Below are positions 1-12,739 of a stretch of 64,000 nucleotides of DNA, one piece after another (within the stretch, counting starts at the first letter, position 1; the number at the start of each line of letters is the position of its first letter). Below the pieces are notes generated by a model. It was given only the letters and a program-made list of their open reading frames with translations. It did not search any database and was not told where the DNA came from. A program made the translations under genes and the position numbers. The DNA comes from Dicyema japonicum (Eukaryota; Animalia; Dicyemida): assembly GCA_011109175.1 (NCBI GenBank), contig RDEW01000033.1, forward strand, positions 62,001 through 126,000, written 5' to 3'.

Positions 1-95
1 GGCAGATTTCCTGAGCTTGGGCAATCTTCGATCGTCGCTGGCTATCCGAGCGATTTTCGCTAGCTATTGTGAGACGGAATAACCATGCTAATTTT
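1..95 (+). mobile_element. 3' tip of a CRE-clade non-LTR retrotransposon (end of RLE domain)
   Basis: Frame from nt 3 reads RWLSERFSLAIVRRNNHA, matching the WF.ERISLAIARGN C-terminus of the larger CRE copies at 14.1 kb and 28.4 kb. Confidence 0.7.
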
Positions 96-165
96 TTAGA
101 TTTATTTATCGGAGTATGCATTAACTTTTGTTTTGTGATTGTCTATGTAGTGTAGCATGCCTTTA

Positions 166-325
166 GTTCGAATTTCAATGCTGTAAATCCAACTAAAGGT
201 TCCATGCATCTTCGATGATTTGACTTGACGAGTGACACCGTCATCAGTGAACATCTCACTGTGGAACCGGATCATCTACAAAAGAACTCACATCTAACAA
301 AAAAGAAGTGAAGAGCTTTCCTTGG
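166..325 (+). repeat. SINE-like structured repeat, copy A
   Basis: Roughly 70% identical by eye to 5843-6000. Has GTTCGAAT (B-box-like), then a 71-nt four-way-junction fold (198-268), then AAAAAAGAAG. Confidence 0.7.
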
Positions 326-1329
326 TTCTCCCTCCACCATTAGTTATGATAACTGTTTTTTACTTAAAATAAAGTGTTTGTCTTACCTGGGAGTAGCTAT
401 ACCTTATATGGCTCTTCGTATAGTGCAGTATTATTATTAGCAGCGAAATTCGAAGGAATTGTAATTTCAGTATCTCTATCGGATTAATTTCATCACAACC
501 TTTAGTTAGTCTCTTGATGACTTCACATTCCGTCCATGACCTTTGGTCCTGCGAAAGTGCGGTATTATTAGCACAATTTGCTAGCTTTTGTGGAAGGCTA
601 CGCTATGCAGTTCGGTTAGCTCACAGCCAGCTATCAATCGATATAGCTTAGTTATTATTATAGATTTAAGCTTAATCTATTAATTTTTTACTTATTCTAT
701 AATTTTTTACTTAGGATATACAATATTCGCACTTTTTCTATCTTTTGTGTATACTGAGATTATCTTCTGAACCTACTCTTGAAGAATAATGCAGCGGCAT
801 CTGTGAGAAGACAGAATAATTTTCGTGGAAACACGAGAGGCTTAGGTTTAATAATTCCCCCGCACCACAATTGAGAAACTAGAGGTCGACAGATTGATGA
901 TAAATGAAAAGACGTTGCAGAGCAGGATGAAAGACACAAAATTGGAAGATATCGGGTGTGCAACAGAAAGTCAAAGGAACTAACAGACTGAACAACGAAT
1001 TTAATGGATGTGGCCAACTTAAACTTAATGGATGTGGTGGTCCTGAACATGAAAAAGTCATTCCTCCAAGAAAAGTAAGGAGAGGCCTAAAGATTATGCC
1101 TGTGAACACCTGGTCTGCTGTAAAGAAGCTTCACGAGCCGGCATCCTAGAAGGCAGACATCATAGTTGTTAACGAAACAAAATCCAAGAAGGAATTACTG
1201 ACGATAGACAGATAGCAAGCTAGTCTTTGACTTGGAAAGATGAATCTGTAGGGGAGACGACAAAGTCCATTTTCTAAGGTTGGCATCTTTGAGTTTGCTT
1301 CGATATTTTGTGAATTTCCAGCGATTTTA

Positions 1330-1700
1330 GTATTCTACTTCGACAGGTGGATTCTGTTGGTGACTGTACTCGAAAAACCAAATGCGCGGATGAGATTGGA
1401 GATTACTTCAATTATATAGGAGAGTAAATTATGATTGGTAACCTCAACTCCAAACACCAGAACGTTGGATGGGGAGTACGAACCATGGTGAACACTTACT
1501 GAAGAAACTATCTGACTAGCAAGAATTCTATGTGCTGACGTCTGAGAAAGTCAACTACTTCCCACCTTATGGAAGAGATAAACTCGGAATGTTTCTTGTC
1601 TCCCCCTTCTTATGGAGCCCCCAAAGATATTAAGTGAGATAAAAAATGATCACGCTCCTCAATGATCAACCTTGAAATGAAAAAAGCCCCAGAGTGTTCA
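1330..1700 (+). mobile_element. Degenerate APE-endonuclease LINE relic
   Basis: IMIGNLNSKHQ (like GDFNSKH) and KNDHAP (like SDH.P) motifs in broken frames; boundaries approximate. Confidence 0.4.
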
Positions 1701-2402
1701 TAGACTGCAAAGCCAGTTCCGCGAGAGTCACACAGGATATTCGTTGCCACTAAGTTGGCCGAATTTTGGATCTCTCTTGACGACGGGGGAAATCGATCAG
1801 AGGAGCATGGAGATAAGCAACATAATGACAAGGTACCTGGGAAGTTATAAAAAACAGATTTAATCTAAATAAAATTCCGGACGGGACGGAGAAACGGTTT
1901 GTGAGTTCTCCTCAAACAGAGTGTAGGCTAACAAATGTTCGTTTTTGTGCCATCCTGGAATTGGGTGTACCTGAGACTAGTGGATCACATGACTACACTC
2001 TAATATGTCAAAAAGAAAAGATAAAGAACAGAGGAAGGAGAAACATTGACCCAAATAGCCAGTGGGGGGAATCAAACCAAATTTTATAGTATGACATCCC
2101 GACCACTATGGTACCTATCAGATTTTAAGAAAAAACGCGTAAAATTTTTTTAAAATAAAAATATAATTTCTATTTAAAAAATTATTATTTTTTAATTTGA
2201 AAATTTTGATAAGTAAAGTGGCTTAGCCTCAGCGACAATGGTTGTAAGCATAATAAATTTATTTTAAACGATATAATAAAATATATTAAAATAATATTAT
2301 TTAACCGGCTTTCATTTATCAATATTTAAATATTGGATTATCAACATATATAAAGTGGCTTTACTTGAGTTTTCTACAAGTTTTTGTTATTTTTAGGATT
2401 TT

Positions 2403-5400
2403 ATGAAGTTATTCTTCCGTAATAAACTTTACTTTATCACTGTTCATTACTTGGACAACACTAAAGCGACATTTCAAATGAAATGTAAAACTATTGGGCT
2501 GGAATTGATTAAATGCGCCTGCGAAACTATTAGCGTTGACGAACATGACTACTTTGGTTTACAGTTCACGGATAAAAATGGAAACATGGTTTTTAGTCAA
2601 ATTTTATCCGCAGGCATGGATTGACGCCGAAAAAAACCTTAGAAGACAGCTTCATACATTAGCGAGCCAAATTTGTACTTTCGCGTAAAATTCTACATTT
2701 CCGACCCGAGTTCTCTCACAAACGAGTTTACTCGGTTTTTCTTTTTTCTAATTCCAGTTATCTCTTCGCTCTCCAAATTAGTCTCGACATCCGGGAAGGG
2801 TTAATTACAGCCACTGACGTGGATATGTCAGCTATGCTGGCTTTCATTCTTCAAGGTTGTTGCTACGTCCACTATTTCAGGCGATTTAGGCGACTTTGAC
2901 CAGGAGAACTTTGAAAATATCGATTTCAAGACAAGTTTTCCATTCATCAATCCAAATATCGTCGAAATGTGTGCCGATTTCTATAAACTGCTAATGTTGA
3001 TGCATCGCTTGTATTTTAGAGGAACTCTGAAGGCCGAATCCGACTTTAAACTGCTGGATAAGGCAAGAAGACTGGATTCTTATGGAAGAGACTTGTTGAG
3101 TGTGAGGCTCCCGTAAAATGCGTATTTAATAAATTAGAAATCTGAGGATAATCAAGATGTCTTTATTAACACTGACTATGTCGGGGTATCAATCTATAAG
3201 CGGAAAACTCTCTTTCTTCAGTATCCGTGGAAATACTTGTGCAATGTAATTTTCAAGGGCAGAAAGTTAATAATAATTCACTATAACAACGATAGTCCTG
3301 AGGTTTTTTAATTTGCTTGTATTGAAGTTTTATTGTGATGAATATATCTTCGAAAACACTGCACAATGTAAGGCATACTGGAAAATCTTGTGGGAAAACT
3401 TTTCCTTTTACAAGGACATTATCCACGAAAAAAACAAACGAGTTGGTCGTTCCAGTTTTTTGAAACGAGGATCACGGTTCCGTTACAGCGGGAGAACCCT
3501 CTCTGCATGAATCGCAAGACAGAGGCATTCACTTCTCAAAACTTTGTAAGGTTTGTCTTTTCTTCTTACCTCTGGTCTCAAAACAAACGCGTAAGCATGC
3601 ATGAATTCTCTAGAAGTTATCGAAATGGTTGTTTTGTCAAAGAAGTGATCGACGTCGACAGAATACAAACATCTGGTACTGAATGGTCGGTACTTATTAC
3701 TGAAGAAGTGAATGATGACACAGTTGCTAACGGAGAAACTCAAATATCCAATGTTATTGAAGATTCAGGAACTGACGAAGAAGTTTTGGAGAAGGAATTA
3801 GAAATTGTTAAGAGTGTGGAAGAAAATCCACCTCAGCTTCCTTCTCAGTCTCAGAGTGAAATTGTCTCCTATCATCAGAATTCTTTGACACATTCGACTG
3901 ATGTTGGATCTAAGAAATCGTTGGTTCACTCAAATTCCTTGGTTCAAACTCAACCGCCAGAGGTTCTCCCAACCCCCGTTCACAAACGATCAAGTCTTCG
4001 TAGCTCTATGTTATCGAAAAGAAGATTTTCGAGATCAGTTTTGTTACTTCTCACTTTTAGATCAACCAGAGCGATGTTCCTCGTATGTATGAGATTCTAT
4101 TTGAATTGTTTCTTTCAGAGACCGTCTATTGCAGAGAAATGAGTGTGATCGCCAATGTAACCACAAAGATGCCTTTACTTTACAGGAATTCAGAGATTTC
4201 ATGGAAGAAGTAATCTCAGATTGTCTCCTTCACGAATTTACGAGTGTGTTTTCTTCACTTTTCCATCAACACGAGCGGCTATTGTCTTTGCTGTCCGAAA
4301 ATTTAGACCACAAGTATTTGATGTTTAATTTTAGACACGTGGATCAACTCACAAATTGTGCCCTGGCATTTTTCTCCACAATTTTCAAATCCCTTAATGT
4401 TTGTCCTGTTACTATCACGTTAGTATTATTCCGTCTATTTGGAGTCAATCGGCGAAACTATCGGTATTTTCACGGATACAGTCTCAACGTCACCCAATTT
4501 TGAATTAAATTGCAAAAAATTTTCACGACAGTTATACATGCCCTTTATGAGGTTATTTCTGAGACCAGCACAACAGTTGTACTATTACCAGTTAATTCTT
4601 GATGGTGAGAATTTGTCACTCAGGCTTAGGACTACTGGCGACGTGTCCCCACGATGATACAGTTTTTAGCTGTACTTTTGGTTTTATTACTTTTAAGCTT
4701 TTTCTGGAAGGCTAGCGCATTTTCTGCAGGAATATGAACCAAATCTCAGAAAAATTGTTGCAATTTCATTTTATTTGAAGCTCGATTTGTTCTGCCTTTA
4801 CGAGTGTTTGGGAGCTATTGAGGATTTGAATGATCTTACCAATAGACAACTGATTAGGATGGGCGTCCTCAGAGTTGATTCTGCAATGAAATTGGCTTTT
4901 TTGGTTTAATTTATTATTTACTGTTGTTTGACCACGTGTTTTTGGTTTGCCAGCCACATCCTGAGACTGAATTCTTCAGCATAATTCATAGGATATCTCT
5001 GAACCACCCCACCGTTCAACTTTGGTCATAATTTGCAGAACCTTTGTGATTTAGGAAATTTAAAGTTTTCGATCAATTCTGGCGAATTGGAGATTGTCTT
5101 TGAAACAAAGTTTGTGATTTTGATATTTTATGTACCAGAACTGAGAAGGACAAAAATGAATGGATAAGCGACATTGATAAGTTCATTTCTGCTGAAATCT
5201 CACTTGTTGATATGATTTGCTTCCAAAATGGAGTTTCAAGAGGTTGTTACTGTTTTTATGGTAGAAATCACCAAACTTGACCCCAGCTTATTTTCTATAG
5301 ACATTATTCAAATATGCTGGAAATCTAAAATATGTTCGCTCTCCAGTCTTGATTTTTTCAATGTTTTTAAAGTTTATTTAGTGTTTTTATTAAGACAACT

Positions 5401-5754
5401 TTTTCTGAATATGTTCTTCGGCAGTCAAAGACAAATAAGCAGAGATTTTTCGTTATTTTGAATAATTCATATCTTTATTTTTTCACTGACTTTTTTGTGG
5501 ACAACGAGGTTGATTTTGCTGGTGATTTCAAGCGAGAACTTCCTAAATGCAAACAGAAACTGAGCATTCTCTCTTCTCGGACTGCTGTTTTGAACGACCC
5601 GAACGACAATGCTGAGACTTTTAGGTTTAAGATAAAGATGGATAATATGGCCACTGTATTATTTGCTGAGACAACCTACATGCAAAATAGGTTCAAATAA
5701 TTCATCAATCATCTGTTTAGATGGGTCAATTCTGTAGACTCTGCTTCAATTTGA
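2403..5754 (+). CDS. FARP: FERM-RhoGEF(DH)-PH protein, FARP/Cdep-like; multi-exon
   Basis: After removing short GT-AG introns: FERM motifs (DYFGLQF, WID.EKNLRRQL, FRVKFY..DP, TRYLFALQI, ARRLDSYG), DH motif FELNCKKF..YMPFMRLFLRPAQQLYYYQLILD, and PH-like EKDKNEWISDI. Ends RWVNSVDSASI-TGA at 5752-5754. One apparent frameshift near 2660. Confidence 0.85.
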
Positions 5755-5799
5755 TATTTTATATTTTAAGTTAAAAATATTTTAATTTTTATTAATTTT

Positions 5800-6005
5800 G
5801 CTGCAGTGCCATAAGTGCCGGACAAAATCTAGATGGTTCCTGGTTCGAATCTCAAAGCTGTCGATTCTGTAGGTTCTACGCATCTACGATGCTTCTTGGC
5901 TTGACGAGTGATGTCGTCGCCGGTGGTACATCATTTCGGAACAGGATTGTATTCAGAGACTCACACGCAACTAAAAAAAGAAGTTAAGAACATTCCTTGG
6001 CCTCC
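5800..6005 (+). repeat. SINE-like structured repeat, copy B
   Basis: GGTTCCTGGTTCGAATC tRNA-T-arm/B-box-like head (5835-5851), then a fold homologous to copy A. Lies in the 304-bp gap between convergent FARP and EFCAB5. Confidence 0.7.
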
Positions 6006-6058
6006 TCTTGACGATTAATTAGCATGGCTGTTTTGTACCCTAAATATAGCAATAAGTG

Positions 6059-9000
6059 TTATGGCTTTAGCGAAGGTGCTGTTATTATATTGTTAGTAAC
6101 CTTAATGTTAGTTAAATTGAGAGGATTCCTTCTATCCAAATTCGCAGTAGGAATGCCAGGTATGGCAAATCGTTTGAACTTAGGAAATATCTCGTTTCTG
6201 ATTTTGAATAGGCTGATGATACCTTGAAGTAGTCTTTCTAATAGTTGCCTATCATTTTCGTTTATTGTGGGAGGAGTTTCGACCTCGAACTGAGCTATCG
6301 ATTCCCATAAAATCGCTTCTTCCACTTTCGTGTCACTTTCCTAAATCTATAAAACTGATTCTAACTGGGATTTGTTCTTCTGTGTTAAGAAATTCTGTAT
6401 CTTCGCAGTTTACCTCAGCAGGGACAATTCCAAAAATAATTTTTAGGATTTCTTTCAGTGGTTTGAAGCATTCCGATTCTGTGTTTGAGTCTGTCAGCAT
6501 TTGTATTATTTCAGAATATGCCCTATTAGACAAAATTTTGAGAAATATGTCAGCGGAATCTGAATTTTAGCAGACATAGTAACCGTCAATAAAGTTTATT
6601 AGTTTTTCTTTTAAGATGTTTTCAAGACATTTCGTCCAAATATTTGTAATCAACTCAATTCTGCTGTTCAATTCGCTGGTTGGGCATGTTTTTCGATAAA
6701 ATAGTACAATCACTGCAAAGCATAGTCCGAACTCATCCTTAATTTGCATTACATTGCACGCTCTTTCGTTAACTACGAAGGATTTAGCTCTCAGGAGATC
6801 TTTTTGACTGGGAAATTTCACAAAAAACATACTCACAGAGACTGTCAAATTTGGGTTGACTGTAAACTGTAATGTTTTTCGAATCGCTGCTGAATATTTT
6901 GGAAAGCACAATTTTGTCGTTATTTTTTTTGACCAAATAAAAACTTCCAAAGGATATATCTGAAGATACCATGCACAGCCATTTTATAAACAATTTGGCC
7001 ACATTCTTGACGGATTCCGTTTTAACGAAGGAGTTATAAACCTCAGAAAATACTTTACCGACTCCCTAGTTTAAAATCACATATTTCAACTTGGTAGTAA
7101 AGAGCTTCCGATCTAGTCAACTCAGAATCTCTGCCATTTTCTGACAAATTATCTACCGTCATCAATCCAAACACGTGATTATTGAAATCAGTAAGGGGGA
7201 TAGCAATATAATCTCCGAAGGAAGACTTGCTTTTGTTGGACCAGAACTTAAAATCTACGCTTTCATCCACAGAAATGGTGACAATTTTGTTGTTTTCGAT
7301 TGTAGAAAATCTATTTTACTACCAAATCATCCATACCTGATCTCGTCCTCATATTCTGAAATTTCAAACGGAGTGGAGACATTTGAGTCGGAACAGTGGA
7401 CAATTTTCAGAATTCTTGGTTTATCCTCTGTCACGCAAAGCAAGGAAATTATAACGTTGATATTTTCGGTTTTACGGTTTACAATGCAATCCTAATGCTT
7501 GTTGTAGGCTGAAAACCTTAAATATGGAATAGGAAGTCGATTCATAGAGCATTTTCAAGGTGGAGTGAGGGGAATCGTATATCTGTGAAAGCTGTTTGAG
7601 CCACTTTAGACGACTTTCCATTTTGATGTTGTCAGAGAGTGACCTCTGTAAATTAAACATTCATAATTACTTCAGGGGAGGTTTTATTGTAATTTACAAA
7701 GTCATCCCCAGTCTCCAAAATGTCGCTAATAGCGGTGAATATGACTTTGAATTGTTGCAGATTTAAATCACAGTTTGCAAACTTTCCAAGCATATTTTGG
7801 AATACTAATTACTATTATTAACATGTCCACCAACCTTCCTCCATTTCTATGGAATCCTGGCCATCCTTGTAATTTCTAGCGTGACAAATCGCCTCATTGG
7901 CGTTAACGTAACCACTACATTGAGGATCCAAATTTTGGAAGGCTTTTTCAAAGACGGGGTCGTTATTTTTATGTCTGTTTATTTTTTTAATCTGCGGTAA
8001 AATTCCAGTTTATAACGTAAATTATTCGCTCTAATTTTTCTTCCTCAGTCTCGATGTAATTCTCCACGAAAAACTGAGCGAATTCTTTAATAAGCGGATT
8101 TTTGAAGTCATGGACAAAGAAGGAGGAGCATAACGTGACAAATTGGGAGGAGGATATCAATTCTTCCTTAAATTCGCAGTTTGTTTCATTAAGCTCTGAA
8201 AATTCCGCCAGGATTGATTGGTTTACTAAAAAGTTAATAAAATTACGATAAATTGGCGACGTATAAATTTCTGGTTATTTTTTATCGAAAAGTCAAACGT
8301 TTTCCCTGAAATAAGGATTTTATCAACATTGCTTTGGATTTGATAAGGAAGGGTGGCCGGATTTCATTTCGTAGAAATCGAGGAAAATGTCGTTCACTTT
8401 TTCGAGGGACAAATAGCCCGACTGAAATTAAACTTTTGGTTTTACCCCCATTCCATTGAAATTTTCAAACATGTCAACAAACAGGTTTTGGGCACATTTT
8501 TTGACATTTATTTGGAACAAACGCTGAAGATTCATGTCAAGCATTGACATAAAACTTTCGGCCAAGTCTTCTCCCATATTTTCACATAAAACGGAAATGT
8601 CCTAAAATATGTCGAAAAATGATACAGAGTTTAGCGTGGATAAATCTCCCGATTTTACCTTGTCGAGTTGGAGACATTTGTTGTCCTCGATTTTTAAAAT
8701 GTCGGCAAACATTTCAATCCACTCGTAAATCTAAATAATCTATTTTATTACATAAATAATTATTTCCGTCGCAATACTCTCTGATATGCCGTATTTTTCG
8801 AATAACTCTTGTAAACGAAACGATTCCATAAAAGTTGGCTTACTTTCGTTTGGCTCCAAATCTTCTGTTTGATCAACTTGGTTGCTATGACAACTTTGAG
8901 AAATTTTCTCTTCAACGACAGTTTGGAAAGACGTTTTAGGATAAACTGAATCGGTACAGTTCCGTCGCATCAAATATTCCGCAATATAATTTATTGGATT

Positions 9001-9232
9001 GAAATTTTCATCGAATTTATTCTCGGCAGTTAAATTTAGCTGGTCCGTCTTCTTCAAGAGATGTTCAATTGCTGGAACAACAAATCCGCTTATCTACTTT
9101 ATTAATCGAGATTTTTACGTTTTTCATAAGATAAGGATCGTCATGAGTTTTAGAATCAAGCACACGTGCTAATTTTTCCTCGATGTAATTGGCGAAATCT
9201 GTTTTCCAGTCGTAAGTAATCATTGAAGTCAT
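6059..9232 (-). CDS. EFCAB5: EF-hand calcium-binding domain protein 5-like; multi-exon
   Basis: ATG at 9232. Spliced N-terminus FVVPAIEHLLKK..ENFNPINYIAEYLMRRN resembles EFCAB5 LVPGVENML..KFDPINYLGEYLIRNN. GAF-like YIAIPLTDFNNHVFGLMTVDNL. Last ORF stops at 6059. Confidence 0.75.
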
Positions 9233-10882
9233 AGAAACAATTTATTTTTAAGTTACAAATAATTATTTTTTTATTGCAAAACAAACAAACTCAATTATTA
9301 GTTTTGCGTTTTTTGATCTCACGTGCATCAGTGGCTATGAGGAGAACAAATTATTGGGATGCATACCTCCTGTGGTATATATCTCAGAATCAATGCTTCC
9401 AAGAACTTTTAGAGTTGTGGTCTCCATAATATGTTGTGGACATCACTCTTCTTTGAAAAGACAGAGATTTGGGATTTTTTGCCAGCACTGGAGTCGATAT
9501 AAAAGGTCTTTGGAAGCGACCTGAATTGAGAGTGCACTTTCTGATGGTTTCTTACATTTTAGTAAAGGCGAAGTTAATAATTTAATTTCTGCGTTTCACA
9601 TGGATTTGTGAGGATTAAAAATACAGTAATAATCTCTTGGGAGTTACAAAAAATGCCAGAAAGATATCAACAAATTCGCTTCTATGCCTCATTTTTATCA
9701 ATGTGTCTCATTTATGTGGTGGATTCGAATATTTGCATTTAATTGCATTTATGGCAGATTCGATAGATTTTCAGTATCATTTAAACACAATTTGAGAATC
9801 TAGCCAAGTAAAGCTAGTTTTTTCCACACGGATATTTTTTCTGAAATTTCCTATGGACTTGAGGCCACTGCCGCTGTAACGTACACATAGTTTTATTGCA
9901 GGTACAAAATTACGCCAACTATAATAATAATCACACGGGCTACAGACAAAATATATAAGTTGCTGCACTTTGCATGCTTGAGACTTGTCTCAAACTTTTT
10001 GTTTATTGAGTACTTCATCAGGTCTTGGTCTATCCACAAGAGTTAAGAGAGACTAAAAAATGATGGATAAAGACTAAGAAAAAATAATCAGACGTTTGCT
10101 CATTATTCTCATATAACCCAAAGCAGACTCCCCTTTCCCCCACTCCGAATTTACTACCGTAATTCATGGAACCTGTGTTTATACTCAACGCACATAGTTT
10201 CCAATGTTTTTAAAAAAGAAATTCCACGTTCTTTAAAAAAGACCACGCTAAAACATCCCAGATTAAAACTATCAGCAGAATTCTGACTTTGGCCTCGTGA
10301 AATATTTCGGTTCACTAGCTATTAGGTCATAATGAATTTTCCCACGTAAACAGACTTCATATTGTCCAGAGAAGTATCCAGAACCTCAACTAGCAAAGAG
10401 AACCACATCACTAGTTCTATTACGACCGATCATTTTTCTAACAAAGAATATTATATAATTTAATTTACATAAAAAACTTATGTAAACTGTTTGAATATCA
10501 AAATATAGCCTTAATTGAATAATGGCTAACACTTTGTTAAGCAAAAATCAAAATATTTATTTTATTAAACCGAAACCTCGAGGATTCTAGGACACAAATC
10601 GCTTTCCTTCCTACGTACCATCGGATCTTTGGTAGCAAAAAGGAAGAGAGGCAGCAGGGAAAAGTGATGATCGATTAAGTGTATTTTCATACAAATCGTA
10701 AGAGAAAATGAGGTCTCACCATGAGAGCTACTTGTAATTTATAACATTTTACACTTTTATTAAACCTAAGAACAAAAATAAAAAAAGAAATAAAAAAACA
10801 CATTAATTTATTGATTATAAAATAAAATGAATGCTTTTTTTAAATTTAAAATTATAAAACTGCTCGTCTGACTATATCAGTA

Positions 10883-12220
10883 ATGAGTTACCGAGAAAAA
10901 ATCGCTCAAATCGAAAATGAAATGGCACGAACACAGAAAAACAAAGGTTTTTAATAATTATAGCATTTTTAGCCACTGAGTACCATATCGGATTACTCAG
11001 AGCCAAATTATCTCGGTACAAATCCCTTCTCGTAGAGGCCGAAACAAAATCGACTTCTAAAGTTTTATCACTCCTCTATTAAAGGGAGAAGGTTTCGACG
11101 TAAAAAAATCAGGAGACGCCAGAGTTGCCCTCGTGGGATTACCTTCAGTGGGAAAGGTACCGAAGCGTGATCATGGTAGTCCACGTTTATAAATACCATC
11201 ACCGACACTAAAAGTGAAGCCGCTGCCTATGAGTTTACAACGCTCACGTGTATTCCCGGGATTTTAAAGTACAACGGAGCCACAATTCAGATTCTGGACT
11301 TGCCTGGAATAATCGAAGGAGCTTCCCAAGGTTACTCCTTAAAAGTATTTTTAGGGAAGGGCCACGGAAAGCAAGTCATCGCTGTGGCGAGAACAGCGGA
11401 TCTAATATTAATGATAATCGACGCTGCGGATGCCCAAAACCAAAGAATCAAAATTGAACGAGAACTTGAAGCCGTGGGAATCCGACTCAATCGGACTAGG
11501 CCTCAAGTTTACTTCAAAGTTACTTCCAATAACTCAACTTTTTAGAAATTAAAGGCAGGGGGCGTAAAAATGACTTCCACGGTTCCGCTTACGAAATTCG
11601 ACCTCAAAATGGCTCAGCTGATCCTTCACGAATATAGCAAGTCAAATTAAGTCAATTTCAGAGATTTTTAACGCTGAGATTGTAATTAGAGAGGATATAA
11701 GCTGTGATGACTTCGTTGATGTTGTTTTGGATAATAGAGTCTACATTCCTTGCATCCACGTGTGCAATCTCGTTATTTTTAGGCATTTAATAAAATTGAC
11801 GTGCTCACCATTGAGGAGGTCGACTTACTGGCCAGGGAACCTCATTCGGTGGTTTTAAGCTGTGCTCTCAGACTGAACGTTGATTTTCTGATCGACATGA
11901 TTTGGAAGTACCTTGACCTCGTGTTAGTTTATACGAAACGTAAAGGAGGTAGAGTTTGTTGTTGATATTTTAGAACAACCTGGACTTGATGAGCCACTCG
12001 TTATGAGAAGCAACTGCACAATCGAGCACGTGGTTAGTAGCAATCCTTTATATTAGTGTCATTCCATTCACAGAGATATGGTGCGGACATTCAAGTATGC
12101 CTTTGTTTGGGTGAGTGTACGTGTGAATTTTAGGGAACGAGTGCTAAACACTCTCCTCAAAGGGTAGGACTCCATCATAAAATTAATTCTGATGATGTTG
12201 TTCAAATATTTACAAAATAA
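10883..12220 (+). CDS. DRG2: Developmentally regulated GTP-binding protein 2; 11 exons
   Basis: Fully spliceable: [67 protein letters not shown] domain, TAA at 12218-12220. Ten introns of 23-27 nt. Confidence 0.95.
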
Positions 12221-12402
12221 CATTTAATGAAGTGTTTTTTTCGAAAGATTTTAATTATTTTCAAGTATTTACTAATCAATAAGGCAGATTTCTTAGTACT
12301 TCTCATCGTTAGTTACCTCAGCCTCACTAACAATTTATATTTTATTGTTTAGAACTAAATAATTTTAAAAACTGTTGACTGAGTGAATAATTGATTGGAT
12401 AG

Positions 12403-12735
12403 ATGAGAAGGCGAAATACCTATATCACACGTGGATCCTTTAATAAAGAATCCGCCCATGAATGGGTGAGAATTTGTCTACGAAAAGCCAGGGAAGCTTA
12501 CAATTTCCCAGTAGTGCTAGTAGTAGACAATGCTCCATGCCATTCAGGAATTGAAGAAATTGTCAGAGATAATGAATTCATCGGAAATAAATTTTAAATT
12601 TTATAGCCATATGCTCAACCCAATTGAGTATATTTGGTCAGTTTTCAAAGCTGATGTAAAAAGACACATCGCTACAGACATGAAAAATATTTTGGATGGT
12701 GTGAGACAAGAAGCTTTGTCAACTACGGAGTTTCC
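12403..12735 (+). mobile_element. IS630/Tc1-mariner transposase fragment
   Basis: VLVVDNAPCHS and YSHMLNPIEYIWSVFKADVK (second D and E of the DDE triad), interrupted by a stop/frameshift. Confidence 0.8.
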
Positions 12736-12739
12736 AGGA

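Noticed and set aside
198-268. Genuine tRNA gene
   Set aside because: 8-nt D-to-anticodon linker, 8-nt anticodon loop and no TTCRA T-loop; treated as tRNA-like only.
381-430. CTTACCTGG resembling the U1 snRNA 5' end
   Set aside because: Only 9 nt match; no U1 stem-loops or Sm site follow.
4766-4957. Minus-strand ORF as a separate gene
   Set aside because: It is antisense to the DH/PH exons of FARP.
5898-5945. Hammerhead ribozyme (CTTGACGAG resembles CUGANGA)
   Set aside because: Extra U in the core and no GAAA after a stem II on either strand.
9400-10000. Mutator/SWIM-finger transposase relic (CSPCDYY)
   Set aside because: His ligand and DDE motifs not identifiable; too degenerate to call.
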